Assembly: GCA_019721075.1 (NCBI GenBank)
Contig: JAHEAD010000013.1
Coordinates: 1 to 64,000 of the forward strand
From: Candidatus Sysuiplasma jiujiangense
GTDB taxonomy: Archaea > Thermoplasmatota > Thermoplasmata > Sysuiplasmatales > Sysuiplasmataceae
Direction of reading: 5' to 3'
DNA length: 64,000 nt
The notes under the pieces are model-generated. The model had not been told where the DNA came from, did not search any database, and worked only from the letters and a program-made list of their open reading frames with translations. Of this stretch, positions 21,595 to 32,033 are shown piece after piece. Position 1 is the first letter of the stretch, and each line of letters starts with the position of its first letter. Made by a program: the position numbers and the translations under genes.

Positions 21595-23184
21595 CTATTT
21601 CTTCTGACCGAATGTAATGAATGCCCTGCCTATGCTCCTTACAAGGCGGAGCCTCCTCTTGAGAATGTGTTCGATGAATTCGAGGATGAAGATATCCGAT
21701 TCTTCTAAACTTGCTGTTAAGAGTATCGCTGCTATGGAAAAAACGAACGAGCCGGCGAGGAAGATTAATGCAGTAGTTATATTCAGGACAGGTCTGAATG
21801 CCGCAAACAGGACGATTGGAACTGAAATGGAGAGTATCAGCGGTTTCAGAAGATTTAGGGTAAAGGGCTGGAGCTTGTTTTCTCCGGCAAAGAAGGTCAG
21901 GCAAAAGATACGGTAAATGAACGATCCCGAAACAGACGCTATCGCTGCTCCGACAAAGCCAAAATAAGGTATGAGGGCAACACACAGTAAAATGTTTCCT
22001 CCTGCTCCCAGCAGGCCGGAGAAGGCAACGAGTCTTGTCTTTCCGGTCGCTGCGAGTGAGGGAGAGGATGGGCCGATGACAGAATTAATAAACGAACCCA
22101 GCGCGAGTATCTGCAGTGCAACAGCCGCCTTTCCATACCTGCTGCCAAACGCAATTGAAAGCGTTGCACCGGGAAAGCTGAAGAACAGCAGGAAAATTGG
22201 AACGGAAATTACAAGATTCCATTTCAATATTGTTTTATAGAGAAGATTGAGCTCTGCCCTTCTGTTACGCGAAATTAGCCCGGATGCTACCGGAAGTATG
22301 ATGAAGCCCAGTGCGTTGATACCGATAAAACTTAGCTTACTCAGAGACAGCGCAGCCGAATAATATCCGACCTGTGCGGCATCCCTGAAGAGGCCAAGGA
22401 TCAGCGTGTCTGCGTATAACATGAAATATGATGAGAAACCAACCATCATTATGGGAAGGCCGAACAGGAGAAGAAACCTGGTTTCCGAAGCGCTGAGATG
22501 CCCCGTGAATTTAACATATTTCTTTCTAAGGATGTAAACAAGAGACAGGGATGAGGTAACAACCGCTGCAATCACATTGCCCAGTATGATACCGTAAAAA
22601 CCTTGCCCGGAATAATAAAGGAGCACGGATAACAGTGTGAAAAGAGTTGGTGGAAGCAGGTTGATGAATAGGGCGTTTGCGACGGTATTTCTGTATCCTC
22701 TCGCGATAGAAGCTGCCATCTGCGTCACAATTCCAAAGAAAAGCGCGGGAGAAAATATGACGATTATAAAGGCAAGGTACGACTCATGGAAAATTCTGCC
22801 AATGATGGGTGAAATTGAGAATATTGCAAGTGAAAAAAGAGCGCCGAGAATAGCGGAAGCCGCAAGTCCGTTCAAGGCAATGGACTCTTTCCGTTCACCG
22901 CCGAAGAACGCAAGATTTCTTGCCACTGATGCATCCATTCCCAGGGGTGCAATCATGCTGAACAGTGCAATCAGTGACAAGGCCAGGGTGAACTCCCCCC
23001 ATTCCTCTACCGTTATCAGCCTCAGTATAATGACTCGGCTGATGAAGGCAATGATGAAATAGCTCAGCGATGCAAAAAGTGTAATCGCCGTTCCGCGACC
23101 CATTGAAAATATCGTGTCCCTGAGAAGATCGCGTTCAACAGTGGAATTCTCTGCTTCAGAGTTTATGGCATTCACACTCGTCAA
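21595..23184 (-). CDS. Oligosaccharide flippase (Wzx/MOP superfamily, AglR-like)
   Basis: About 12-14 hydrophobic segments with EEWGEFTLAL, YADTLILG, QVGYYSAA and LIPYFGFVGAAIA motifs. Confidence 0.92.
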   Translation of the reverse strand: MTSVNAINSEAENSTVERDLLRDTIFSMGRGTAITLFASLSYFIIAFISRVIILRLITVEEWGEFTLALSLIALFSMIAPLGMDASVARNLAFFGGERKESIALNGLAASAILGALFSLAIFSISPIIGRIFHESYLAFIIVIFSPALFFGIVTQMAASIARGYRNTVANALFINLLPPTLFTLLSVLLYYSGQGFYGIILGNVIAAVVTSSLSLVYILRKKYVKFTGHLSASETRFLLLFGLPIMMVGFSSYFMLYADTLILGLFRDAAQVGYYSAALSLSKLSFIGINALGFIILPVASGLISRNRRAELNLLYKTILKWNLVISVPIFLLFFSFPGATLSIAFGSRYGKAAVALQILALGSFINSVIGPSSPSLAATGKTRLVAFSGLLGAGGNILLCVALIPYFGFVGAAIASVSGSFIYRIFCLTFFAGENKLQPFTLNLLKPLILSISVPIVLFAAFRPVLNITTALIFLAGSFVFSIAAILLTASLEESDIFILEFIEHILKRRLRLVRSIGRAFITFGQKK

Positions 23185-23534
23185 TCCCGCAGAAACCTGG
23201 TAAACTGATTACTGAAGTTACACAAACAGCCATTCTCCATTTAAATAGCGAATTTTAGAGATGCGCCATTGACATCAGGGTTAAAATCAGTTACGGTTTG
23301 ATTCCGTCATCTTTCATGTTTTTGCCTGTGAGGAATTTGCAATCCATCACACCGTTAGTCAGAGGGATAAAACAAGCCACAGTGCATCAAAGCTACGATC
23401 TTAAATTCAGGTTGGGGACGTAGTTGATTCCTGCTATTGTCTACGACACATAGTAGACGTACCTGCCCTGAAAGTCATCCTGATATTTTACAGCCTTCCG
23501 TTGGCCTCCGGAATGTGCAGCATGAGCACACGGG

Positions 23535-24713
23535 CTATGCAACTGGCTGATTTCCGTTGAACTTTTCCAGGAGAGACTCCCTGTACTCCTTTGCCGTATA
23601 TCCGTTTCTCCATTTCACCGCTTTTTGAACAGCTTCATTTAAAAAATCCCGATCTCTGAAAAGTCTTTCTATTGCAGACGCAAATCCCTGAGGAGTATTA
23701 CTGACAACAAAATCCCTGCCCATGTGTTCCAGGACGTCGCTGGCAGATCCTAGCTCTGAGCTGACTATCGGCACGCATCCGTTGGAAATCGATTGTATCA
23801 GCCCGTAACTGGGTCCGGTTTCGACAATGTCAGGATTAGACCACCTTATGTAACACATTGCCCTGGAATAAAGCTCATCAAGCGCTTCCTCTGCCAGGTC
23901 TTCCATGATGGAGATCCTTTCATTTAGGGCTTCCGAGTTGATCCTGTCGATGAAATTCTGCCTCAGCTCAGAAGAGCCGAATGTGCCGCACATGGTGAAT
24001 TTCACTTCCGGAAGAATCTTCATTATGTCGATTGCAAAGAAGGGATTTCTCACAAATGTCCATCGTGTGTCAAGCAGAACAAATTTCTCCTTTTGAATGT
24101 TCAGTTTTTTAAGTGTAAAATAATCCTTTACTACATGGGTGTTTATGCCAAGGGATGAGCGGATCTCATCTCGCATTTTGTCCGTGATTGAGATGTTCAC
24201 AGCGGATATTTTCATCAACTTGCTGAGATAGAGTCCCAGAATCTTCCTGATTGCAAATGGAAGACCGGAGAAAGTTGGAGGCTCATGGAAATAGAGGATC
24301 AACCTCTTCCTGTATTCCTGTTTCATTAAAATTGGGACAATTCCTGTCCAAATGCTCATGCAGATGATTAAGTCGAAATCAATGTTGCCTCTGTTAATCT
24401 TCTTTGCAAATTTCAACTGCCCGAAAATATTGACTGCGTCCTTAATATAGAATGCACCTTTCAGGAAGAGTTTGAAAACCGGAACCTGGAAAAGCTGGGA
24501 GACCCGGAACCAGATATTGTCTTCTTCAATATCAACATCAAGAGGCTTCATAGACTGAAGATTAACCAGATACGATGTTCCATCATCGTGGAAGAAGACG
24601 ATTCTGACGCGGTCACCGGATGAAATAAAAGACTTTGCTATGTCGAATGCAAGTTTCGTCGCACCGGTTTTGGCAGAAAGAGTATCCTTAATGATCAATA
24701 CATTTAAGCCCAA
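23535..24713 (-). CDS. Glycosyltransferase family 4-like (divergent)
   Basis: GT-B layout with TGATKLA, LYFHEP and ETGPSYGLIQSISNGCVPIV (degenerate E-x7-E motif). Confidence 0.75.
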   Translation of the reverse strand: MGLNVLIIKDTLSAKTGATKLAFDIAKSFISSGDRVRIVFFHDDGTSYLVNLQSMKPLDVDIEEDNIWFRVSQLFQVPVFKLFLKGAFYIKDAVNIFGQLKFAKKINRGNIDFDLIICMSIWTGIVPILMKQEYRKRLILYFHEPPTFSGLPFAIRKILGLYLSKLMKISAVNISITDKMRDEIRSSLGINTHVVKDYFTLKKLNIQKEKFVLLDTRWTFVRNPFFAIDIMKILPEVKFTMCGTFGSSELRQNFIDRINSEALNERISIMEDLAEEALDELYSRAMCYIRWSNPDIVETGPSYGLIQSISNGCVPIVSSELGSASDVLEHMGRDFVVSNTPQGFASAIERLFRDRDFLNEAVQKAVKWRNGYTAKEYRESLLEKFNGNQPVA

Positions 24714-24989
24714 AGCCTACACTTGTAGAGCGAACATCCATTGGGATTTAACTATTATGATGCCAGACCCAACCGCAATGTGCTTTTATAACAGATGCTT
24801 TTCCTGCTAAAAACTGTTAAATCAGCTGCCATTTTTGTTCCGATTATATTTGTTAAGTGAGCATCAAATTTCATGTTTTCCGCTTCCGAAATCCGATACA
24901 ATCACCCTCAAATGCCCGACATTCAGAACTCCATTTGCCTTTGAAGACTGTTGTATTCATTGAAGCTTTTTGAAGATGACCGGATTCAA

Positions 24990-27900
24990 TTATGTCTTTC
25001 CGTCCACTTTTGAGTGTTTCGCTAAACGATCAACCAGGGAGCGCAGTCTTGTCCTCGATGATTTTGAGAAAATAATAACACCGATAAGCAGCACATTGAA
25101 TGAAAGAGGCAGATATACTATCCAGTAAACATAGGATTGGACAGTATACTTCATGTCAAATGAAATGCCGTTGCTGCCATTGACAGGATAAATGAGATAG
25201 CCGTTCATGCTATTGTCAATCAGCACGTGCTTCCAGCTTGATATGCCCTTCGTATTCTCAAGCATCCAGTATGGATTATAGTTCTGATGGAAGACGACCA
25301 GAACAGGAAGCGTACCGTTCAGACCACCCACGTTAACATGGACATCAACAGGCGACACAATATCATATGTCACAATGCCGTTTTGAGTTTGTATGTTCTG
25401 CGTTGGCGTCGAAATGTATGTACCTGGCTGAAGCGTGCTGGTATAGAACTTTCCTATGGCAAGATAACTGATGGTGAGATTCTGGTATCCGGGCCAGTCG
25501 CTTATCGATGCATGCAGTCCGGCACCTGTGTTGTTGAGCGGCAGAATCTGGATGAGAATGTAATCGACTGTCTTGTCGCGGCTGCGGCTGAGTGCATTAT
25601 TCATGTTGACAAGCAGCATGCTGGAATGACCCGGGCTGGAATATCTGAAGGCACCGTAGACGCCATTAGAGGCCCAGTATTCGTACAGCGCAACCTGGAA
25701 TCTGTTGTTATTCCATGTCGTGCTGTTTATTACAGGAGCTGTAAACAGCTGTATGTATATCGCCGTGTTTATGTTTGTTGAGAAATTCATTACCAGGTAG
25801 GGGTACACAGATGTGTTTATCTGGAGCGGAAGTCCGTTGTAGAAGACAACACCCATTGAACCCAAAGGTCCGGATACAGGATGGGACTGTATGTATGCCT
25901 TGGTGGAGTTGTTGAGCGATATCGATATGCCTCCATTCCACTGTGCGCTGAAGTCATTGGCGGCTACGAACGAACTGTTTTCCTGGGAAGAGCTGTACAC
26001 CAGACCGGTTATGTTGGAATAATCCTTAAAATTAGATCCGAAGAAAGTGTTGTTGTCTACGATCTGGCTCACGCTCAACGCCGGGTCGACTCTGGAAGAG
26101 GACAGATAGCCAGACGTCATGTTGACAGAATCCAGGAAATGGGTACCAAAAAGACTCCTGTTTTCCAATGTCTGAGAGACTGTGGTTATCGGATTGACCA
26201 GAGAATCATTGAAGTATGAGGAGCCAATGTTCTCTGCAGGCACAGCATAGCCATCCAGGAACCCCGAACCGTTAATGATTCTGCTGGCAATCGAAACGGT
26301 GCCGGGCAGGAGTGCATTCCTGTAAATGTAGTCCGGGGATATCACCTTTGCAAGCGTCAGGTTGGCCGTGTGATTTAACGATGAGAGGATGAGTGGATAG
26401 TCCGGTGGCGGGCCGAAACCAAAGGGCACGTTGCCGCCAACCATCCCTTCAATTACCACGTACTGCACATTCAGCTGGGCAAGTGCAAGGCTCAGATTTT
26501 CTCCTGCAGCCGAGCCGCTTCCGATTGAGTTGTAGATGAAATTAAGCACCTGGTTGGACTTGCCGTCAATAATCATTGATGCCGGGAGGAGGGAGGGAAG
26601 AACATCGTAAGAGTCGTAGCCGTTGGTCCAGTTCTGTTCCAGGAATCCTCCGGGATAGAGAAGAGCGTAAGCATTGCCGACATGTGTTTTGAGATAGGAA
26701 GCGACCGCATATTCGTACGGTGGGATAGACATCCTTGCACGGTACGGACTTCCCGGGATCGCATGACCGGTAAAGATTGGTGTTGCGGTGGAAACAAAGG
26801 GCGCTGCTATGAGCAGGAATATCAGCAGGAGCGCGAAGGACTGGCCAAGATACTTCCTTCTTCCGCTGTAGGTCCTTACTGCTGTTGCGTAATAGTCCGC
26901 CTGCCGGTTATTCAGCATTCTGTGCCGAACGCTTACCTGCAAGTCCTTCAGATTTCTGTAACTTTTCGTATAAACGACTTCAGGAATGTCCGATGCACGC
27001 GCAAGTTTCCATTTAGCTTCTGGAAGTGCATTCTTCCACAAATATCCGGCAGGACGAATGTAGGACACACTTTCAGGAATGGCCGGAATTTGACGGGAGA
27101 GACGTCGAAAACTCTTGGAACCGCTATCGGAGGTGTTGAACCGTGAGGTGGGATCAAGCAGCAGTAAAATTCTCACAACCGAGACAGACAGCAATATGAT
27201 GAGCAGCGTGTAGAAGGAGTAACCGAATGCTACCGGCACATTACGAATTGCCTGGAGTATCAGTGGATTGCTCACTAAAATTTTCACAAGGAAATATACG
27301 GGAGAATTTACTCCGGCCATTACTATGGCGAGGAGAATGGAAACTATCAGGAAGTACAGATATTGGACATTGTACCTTCTTCTGCCAAAGTAGGCAATTG
27401 CGATGGATATCGGGATAAGATACGTCAGGTAGGAGCCAAAGCTGCTGTATATGAAGGTGTCTGCTGCAGTGGCTCCGGGATATCTTTCTATCCCATACAT
27501 TCCCCTCAGCAGTGTTATCAGATTCAATGGTCTGGTCGTCTGTATAAAGAGCAGCAGGTTGTAATTCACAGAGGTGCTGCTTCCTGCAAAGGCCGGAGCC
27601 AATCGGGAAAAAAGAATGGTGGAACCGATCCACCAGGTATTTATGGCGAGTGCTGCAGCCAGAAATATTGCATAGAAAATGATAAAGCGCCTCAACCCTT
27701 TGAAGGTGAACGCCGGATAGAACAGAAGCAGTCCAGGCAATGCAAGAGTGAGAACTGCATAACTGAAATTCGCAGGCACGTTGATACTGAATGTGAGCTC
27801 AGAGAGGATAAGCAGACCTGCAAATCTGGGGTAGTTTATTCTGTTGCCTCTGATGAAGGATTGTAGCTCTATCATTAGATAATAGATGAAGGCAATGAAT

Positions 27901-28364
27901 AACCCCGAGAACAGAAAATCTATTGATGTGGCGTCCCACCAGTAATTTATCAAAATGTCATAGTTATAGACGAACAGAAGTGAAGCAACTATGGCAGCAA
28001 TCCAGATAATTTTTTTCTCTGATGGAATTATGAATTTTCGCATTATCTTGTAGAAGAAGATGGAAGCAAGGCTCTGTGAGAGAATGTATGTGAAAATATC
28101 TCCAAAGGCTGGAGGTATCCTGAAAAGACTGAGCAGAAGAGGCCAACCAATGTCCGGCAGATTGAAAATGTTCAGAATCTGGCTGCCGCCCATGTTCTTT
28201 ACTTTCCAGGCATAAAGGAGTGTCACGATATCCTGCGCCGGATTAAGAGGCCAGGTCTGATCTATGAAATGAATGATGTAAATGCCTTTTACATTTACAG
28301 CGGTGACATATGTTGCAAATGCGATGAAAATTAAATATGCTGCATATTCCTCTTTTTTCATCAC
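24990..28364 (-). CDS. Multi-pass membrane protein with large extracellular domain, GT-C-like (AftD/DUF3367/YfhO-like architecture)
   Basis: About 12 TM helices in the N-terminal half, DQTWPLNP in the first loop, IPPYEYAVASYL, LAQLNVQYVVI, VFHQNYNPYW, HVLIDNSMNGY and a final TM helix. Confidence 0.7.
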   Translation of the reverse strand: MMKKEEYAAYLIFIAFATYVTAVNVKGIYIIHFIDQTWPLNPAQDIVTLLYAWKVKNMGGSQILNIFNLPDIGWPLLLSLFRIPPAFGDIFTYILSQSLASIFFYKIMRKFIIPSEKKIIWIAAIVASLLFVYNYDILINYWWDATSIDFLFSGLFIAFIYYLMIELQSFIRGNRINYPRFAGLLILSELTFSINVPANFSYAVLTLALPGLLLFYPAFTFKGLRRFIIFYAIFLAAALAINTWWIGSTILFSRLAPAFAGSSTSVNYNLLLFIQTTRPLNLITLLRGMYGIERYPGATAADTFIYSSFGSYLTYLIPISIAIAYFGRRRYNVQYLYFLIVSILLAIVMAGVNSPVYFLVKILVSNPLILQAIRNVPVAFGYSFYTLLIILLSVSVVRILLLLDPTSRFNTSDSGSKSFRRLSRQIPAIPESVSYIRPAGYLWKNALPEAKWKLARASDIPEVVYTKSYRNLKDLQVSVRHRMLNNRQADYYATAVRTYSGRRKYLGQSFALLLIFLLIAAPFVSTATPIFTGHAIPGSPYRARMSIPPYEYAVASYLKTHVGNAYALLYPGGFLEQNWTNGYDSYDVLPSLLPASMIIDGKSNQVLNFIYNSIGSGSAAGENLSLALAQLNVQYVVIEGMVGGNVPFGFGPPPDYPLILSSLNHTANLTLAKVISPDYIYRNALLPGTVSIASRIINGSGFLDGYAVPAENIGSSYFNDSLVNPITTVSQTLENRSLFGTHFLDSVNMTSGYLSSSRVDPALSVSQIVDNNTFFGSNFKDYSNITGLVYSSSQENSSFVAANDFSAQWNGGISISLNNSTKAYIQSHPVSGPLGSMGVVFYNGLPLQINTSVYPYLVMNFSTNINTAIYIQLFTAPVINSTTWNNNRFQVALYEYWASNGVYGAFRYSSPGHSSMLLVNMNNALSRSRDKTVDYILIQILPLNNTGAGLHASISDWPGYQNLTISYLAIGKFYTSTLQPGTYISTPTQNIQTQNGIVTYDIVSPVDVHVNVGGLNGTLPVLVVFHQNYNPYWMLENTKGISSWKHVLIDNSMNGYLIYPVNGSNGISFDMKYTVQSYVYWIVYLPLSFNVLLIGVIIFSKSSRTRLRSLVDRLAKHSKVDGKT

Positions 28365-28676
28365 ACCTCATCCACACCGTTCAGCCCGTTTGCAAACTGC
28401 TCAATACTGGCTCCCTGAATCTATCTGAATGAGGTATTAATATGTATTTCTGCTCTGATAGGACATCTACGACATCTCCTTTCCGGAACAATTCTCTCAT
28501 TCATTCTGTCTTGATTGACCATTTACAGTAACTTCATACCCTGCTTGCACCCTCTTTTCGCATGACTTGAATACTGTTACATTGTTTTACTGCCGATTAC
28601 AGCATTTCGCATCACCGACCAAATTTGCACGCAGGGATTTATAACCAAAATTGACATAAACGGCGGCAGTGATGAT

Positions 28677-30086
28677 GTGCAACTTACCTTTGACGTGATC
28701 GTTTCATTATTGCTGTCATTCATCATAATCATTGCCGGCTTCACCACAATTGCAAGCGCTCAGGCCGGCCAGAGAAACACTGCAACACCCATCAAGCATG
28801 TTATCATAATAATGATGGAAAATCATAGTTTCGATAACTTATTCGGCATTTACCCGGAAGTTCAGGGAAACAATAGTAACGCAACGGCTGGGATTGAGAG
28901 GCCGGTGAACCTTTTGAACACGAGCCTGCTTTCAAGCCTTAGCCCGGTTCCCAACGGCACCTACAGCACAACGGATCCTGTTGAAGGATACACTACTTAC
29001 CACAATGATTTCAACAATGGACTCATGAACGGCTTTCTAAACAATTCAGGCCCCCAGTCAATGACATACTTCACCTCCAACCAGCTCTCCCTGGAATGGA
29101 TACTCGCAGAAGAATTCGGGCTCGGAGACAGATACTTTTCCAGCTATCTGAGCGAAACTATACCAAACAGGCTTATGTCTCTTGCCGGATATACACCAGT
29201 CGAGGCTGATAACGGCCCTCCACCTTATATCCCTTACAATCAGACAGTATTCTATGAACTCCAGTATTTCAACATAAGCTGGTCCTATTACACTGTGACT
29301 TCAAGCACTTCTTCCATACCGCTTGATTTCATATCCGGTTTCGGAAGCAGCGCTCAGTATGTCCAGAACTGGACCAGTTTCTACAGAGCTGTCAATTCAT
29401 CCACTCTTCCTTCAGTGAGCTGGGTCATGCCAGTTGGAACAACCGATTCACAGTACAGCCAGCATCCGCCTCGCAATATGACGCTGGGCGAGGTATGGAT
29501 GCTCAATATAGTCAATGCTGTAATGCACAGCGCCATCTGGAACAGCAGTGCGATTTTTATTACATACGACGAGGGAGGTGGTTATTACGATCAGGTTGCA
29601 CCTCCTGTCCTCGATAACATACAACTTGGTTTCAGGGTTCCTCTGATTGTAATCTCCCCTTACGCAAAGGAGGATTATATTTCAAGTACACTGCTAAATC
29701 ACGATTCACTGCTTGCATTCATTGACTTTAACTGGAAAATACCCCCCCTCAACGGCTTCGTATCGTTTTCAAACATACCCCTGGACTTCTTTGACTTCAG
29801 CCAGAAGTATTCCTCTGGGAATCTTCGGAGGAGCCCGATGTCCATAAGCGCAAATGACACTTTTCCTGCTGTTCCCCAGATACCGTTCGGCAAACTTCCT
29901 TATGCCAGAAACGGTTCGTCGAATCTTACTTTGCATTCGATGCATATTTTGCCGTTTGTTGGGAACAACACAGCACTGGAGGGAAAGAACAATTATGACC
30001 TGTTGGCTGTGATCCTGCTGTCCGTCTCCATTGCTGCAGTCTTCACGCTCGTTTATATACGCAGGAGAAGAGGAAAAGGCAATTGA
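28677..30086 (+). CDS. Phosphoesterase (acid phosphatase AcpA / phospholipase C family), membrane anchored
   Basis: TPIKHVIIIMMENHSFDNLFG, TIPNRL, SQHPP, ITYDEGGGYYD and GFRVPLIVISPYAK motifs; signal peptide; C-terminal TM plus RRRRGK. Confidence 0.93.
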   Translation: MQLTFDVIVSLLLSFIIIIAGFTTIASAQAGQRNTATPIKHVIIIMMENHSFDNLFGIYPEVQGNNSNATAGIERPVNLLNTSLLSSLSPVPNGTYSTTDPVEGYTTYHNDFNNGLMNGFLNNSGPQSMTYFTSNQLSLEWILAEEFGLGDRYFSSYLSETIPNRLMSLAGYTPVEADNGPPPYIPYNQTVFYELQYFNISWSYYTVTSSTSSIPLDFISGFGSSAQYVQNWTSFYRAVNSSTLPSVSWVMPVGTTDSQYSQHPPRNMTLGEVWMLNIVNAVMHSAIWNSSAIFITYDEGGGYYDQVAPPVLDNIQLGFRVPLIVISPYAKEDYISSTLLNHDSLLAFIDFNWKIPPLNGFVSFSNIPLDFFDFSQKYSSGNLRRSPMSISANDTFPAVPQIPFGKLPYARNGSSNLTLHSMHILPFVGNNTALEGKNNYDLLAVILLSVSIAAVFTLVYIRRRRGKGN

Positions 30087-30130
30087 CTAATTCATCACAA
30101 AATCTGAATCACCAGAACGCAGCATAATAT

Positions 30131-30138
30131 TTTAAATA
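30131..30138 (+). promoter_or_regulatory. Archaeal TATA box (TTTAAATA), probably leaderless transcript
   Basis: TTTAAATA 18-25 nt upstream of ATG 30156. Confidence 0.45.
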
Positions 30139-30155
30139 CCCAACTAATAGTCCAG

Positions 30156-30512
30156 ATGAGAAATATGCATACTTTTCCAACCATCATATCGCTTGTTGCT
30201 GCAGATGCCGTTCCAGTGCAGAATTTTGGAAATTTTGTTACCGTGCTTCTTCTGACATTCAGCATTTTTATGATATTCGCCGGTGCATTCACATCCTACT
30301 TTGGCACAGGCAAAAGCAGGATGGTTGGTGTCATTCTGCTTCTGGTAGGCGTAATAGTCGCTATCGCATGGCTTGCCGCGGCCCAGATTTATAGCTATGC
30401 TGACCCGAATCTTTCATTAGTGATTTGGGGAGCATTTCTGAGCATCATTGCTGCTATCGCCGGTGCAGTCATTGCTGTTCTCGTATTCCTCTTTGCCATC
30501 ATGAAGACTTGA
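30156..30512 (+). CDS. Small 3-TM membrane protein, unknown function
   Basis: Three hydrophobic helices with a FAGAFTSYFGTGKSR loop, resembling a conserved Thermoplasmata hypothetical (recalled, not verified). Confidence 0.8.
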   Translation: MRNMHTFPTIISLVAADAVPVQNFGNFVTVLLLTFSIFMIFAGAFTSYFGTGKSRMVGVILLLVGVIVAIAWLAAAQIYSYADPNLSLVIWGAFLSIIAAIAGAVIAVLVFLFAIMKT

Positions 30513-30844
30513 AATCGGATTGAGAATTGTAAACCGCAGGGGGCCTGTAAAGGGGTATTCAACGTGACCTGTGATAAAAAATGCATGTCCCGGGCGACGG
30601 GGACGGAAGGCCCTGCTCTCTATCGGACAGAAACCGCCTTCGAGCATCTTAACAACACGTTTCATGGAAGTTCTTCGGAGATAGCTTTCTCTGCAGGGGA
30701 CTGTATTAAGATGCATCCGGAATATGCAAATTTCCGTACGCCACAATTTATTTGCTCGGTTTATTTGTGCCCCGACTGGTCACGTATGGCGGAACCGCTT
30801 CTGAAAGAACTGAAACGTATTGAAACTTCATAGAAAGGGATAGT

Positions 30845-31957
30845 ATGAAAAAAATTCTAGTAACAGGAGGGGCAGGCTTCATAGGCAGCCATACAGTAGA
30901 TACGCTGGTGGGTCGAGGTTATGAGGTTGTTGTTTTGGATAATCTGGAAAGGCAAGTCCACCGGGGCAGAAAACCCTCTTACATGAATCCGAAGGCTGTA
31001 TATCTCAAAGGGGATGTGAGGAACAGGCAATCATGGATAAGAGCGCTTAAGGGTGTAAATTCTGTCATTCATCTGGCAGGTGCGGTGGGCGTGGGCCAGA
31101 GCTTCTGGCAGGCAAGAAAGTACATGGACGTCAATGCGGGTGGAACAGCAACGTTTTATGAAATACTTACCAGAGACCGGAAAATCAGGGAGCAGATAGA
31201 GAAGATTGTCGTGGCATCGTCGAAGAGCTGTTACGGTGAAGGATCCTATGAGTGCACGGAACACAATGTTTTCAACCCGGAACAGCGCCCTGTCAAACAG
31301 CTTAAGGCCAGGGCATGGGAAGTCGTCTGCCCAGCATGCGGCAGGGAGGCAAGTCCAGTGGGTATCAGGGAGGACAAACCAATGCAGAATTTGAGTCCTT
31401 ATTCATTGTCCAAATACGCAACTGAAAAGCTGGCGCTGGACTTTGGATACGCGCTCGGTATTCCCACGGTGGCGCTGAGGTATTTCAATGTCTATGGACC
31501 AAGGCAGAGCCTGAGCAATCCGTACACAGGCGTCATTGCAATATTTCTCTCAAGACTCAAAAGCGGTAACAGGCCATTCCTCTTTGAAGACGGAAGGCAG
31601 CTGAGAGATTATATTTATGTTGAGGATGTCGCAAGGATCAATGCAGAAGCGCTGAAGAAGGGGCTTGGCGTTTACAATGTCGGAACAGGGAAACCCAGGT
31701 CCCTGCTTGAAGTCGTGAACATGCTCCGTAACAATCTTGGAAGTGAGCTGGAAGCGCATGTTTCTGAAGAATTCAGACCGGGTGATAACAGACATGACTT
31801 TGCGGACAATTCGTTGCTGCGCAAAACATTCGGTGACATAAAATTCACCGAAATGGACAGGGGAATAGACAAACTGGTACGATGGGGTTCAGAGATCGAA
31901 GCAGCTGACATGTTTGAGATGGAAGAGAAGGAAAGGAAAAGATATCTTGCTTCCTGA
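30845..31957 (+). CDS. NAD-dependent epimerase/dehydratase (extended SDR; dTDP-rhamnose 4-epimerase WbiB-like with Zn-ribbon-like insert)
   Basis: TGGAGFIG, YSLSK (YxxxK) and LRYFNVYGPRQSLSNPYTG motifs, with a CTEH...CPAC insert. Confidence 0.92.
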   Translation: MKKILVTGGAGFIGSHTVDTLVGRGYEVVVLDNLERQVHRGRKPSYMNPKAVYLKGDVRNRQSWIRALKGVNSVIHLAGAVGVGQSFWQARKYMDVNAGGTATFYEILTRDRKIREQIEKIVVASSKSCYGEGSYECTEHNVFNPEQRPVKQLKARAWEVVCPACGREASPVGIREDKPMQNLSPYSLSKYATEKLALDFGYALGIPTVALRYFNVYGPRQSLSNPYTGVIAIFLSRLKSGNRPFLFEDGRQLRDYIYVEDVARINAEALKKGLGVYNVGTGKPRSLLEVVNMLRNNLGSELEAHVSEEFRPGDNRHDFADNSLLRKTFGDIKFTEMDRGIDKLVRWGSEIEAADMFEMEEKERKRYLAS

Positions 31958-32033
31958 GCCATTCTCAGGACACATACACATTGGCTGCACAGCCAGCAAA
32001 CTTTATTGGTAACAACCCATTCACACACAAGGA

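Noticed and set aside
30564..30833. 89-aa ORF before the epimerases
   Set aside because: No motif and overlapped by equally weak opposite-strand ORFs; cannot be supported.
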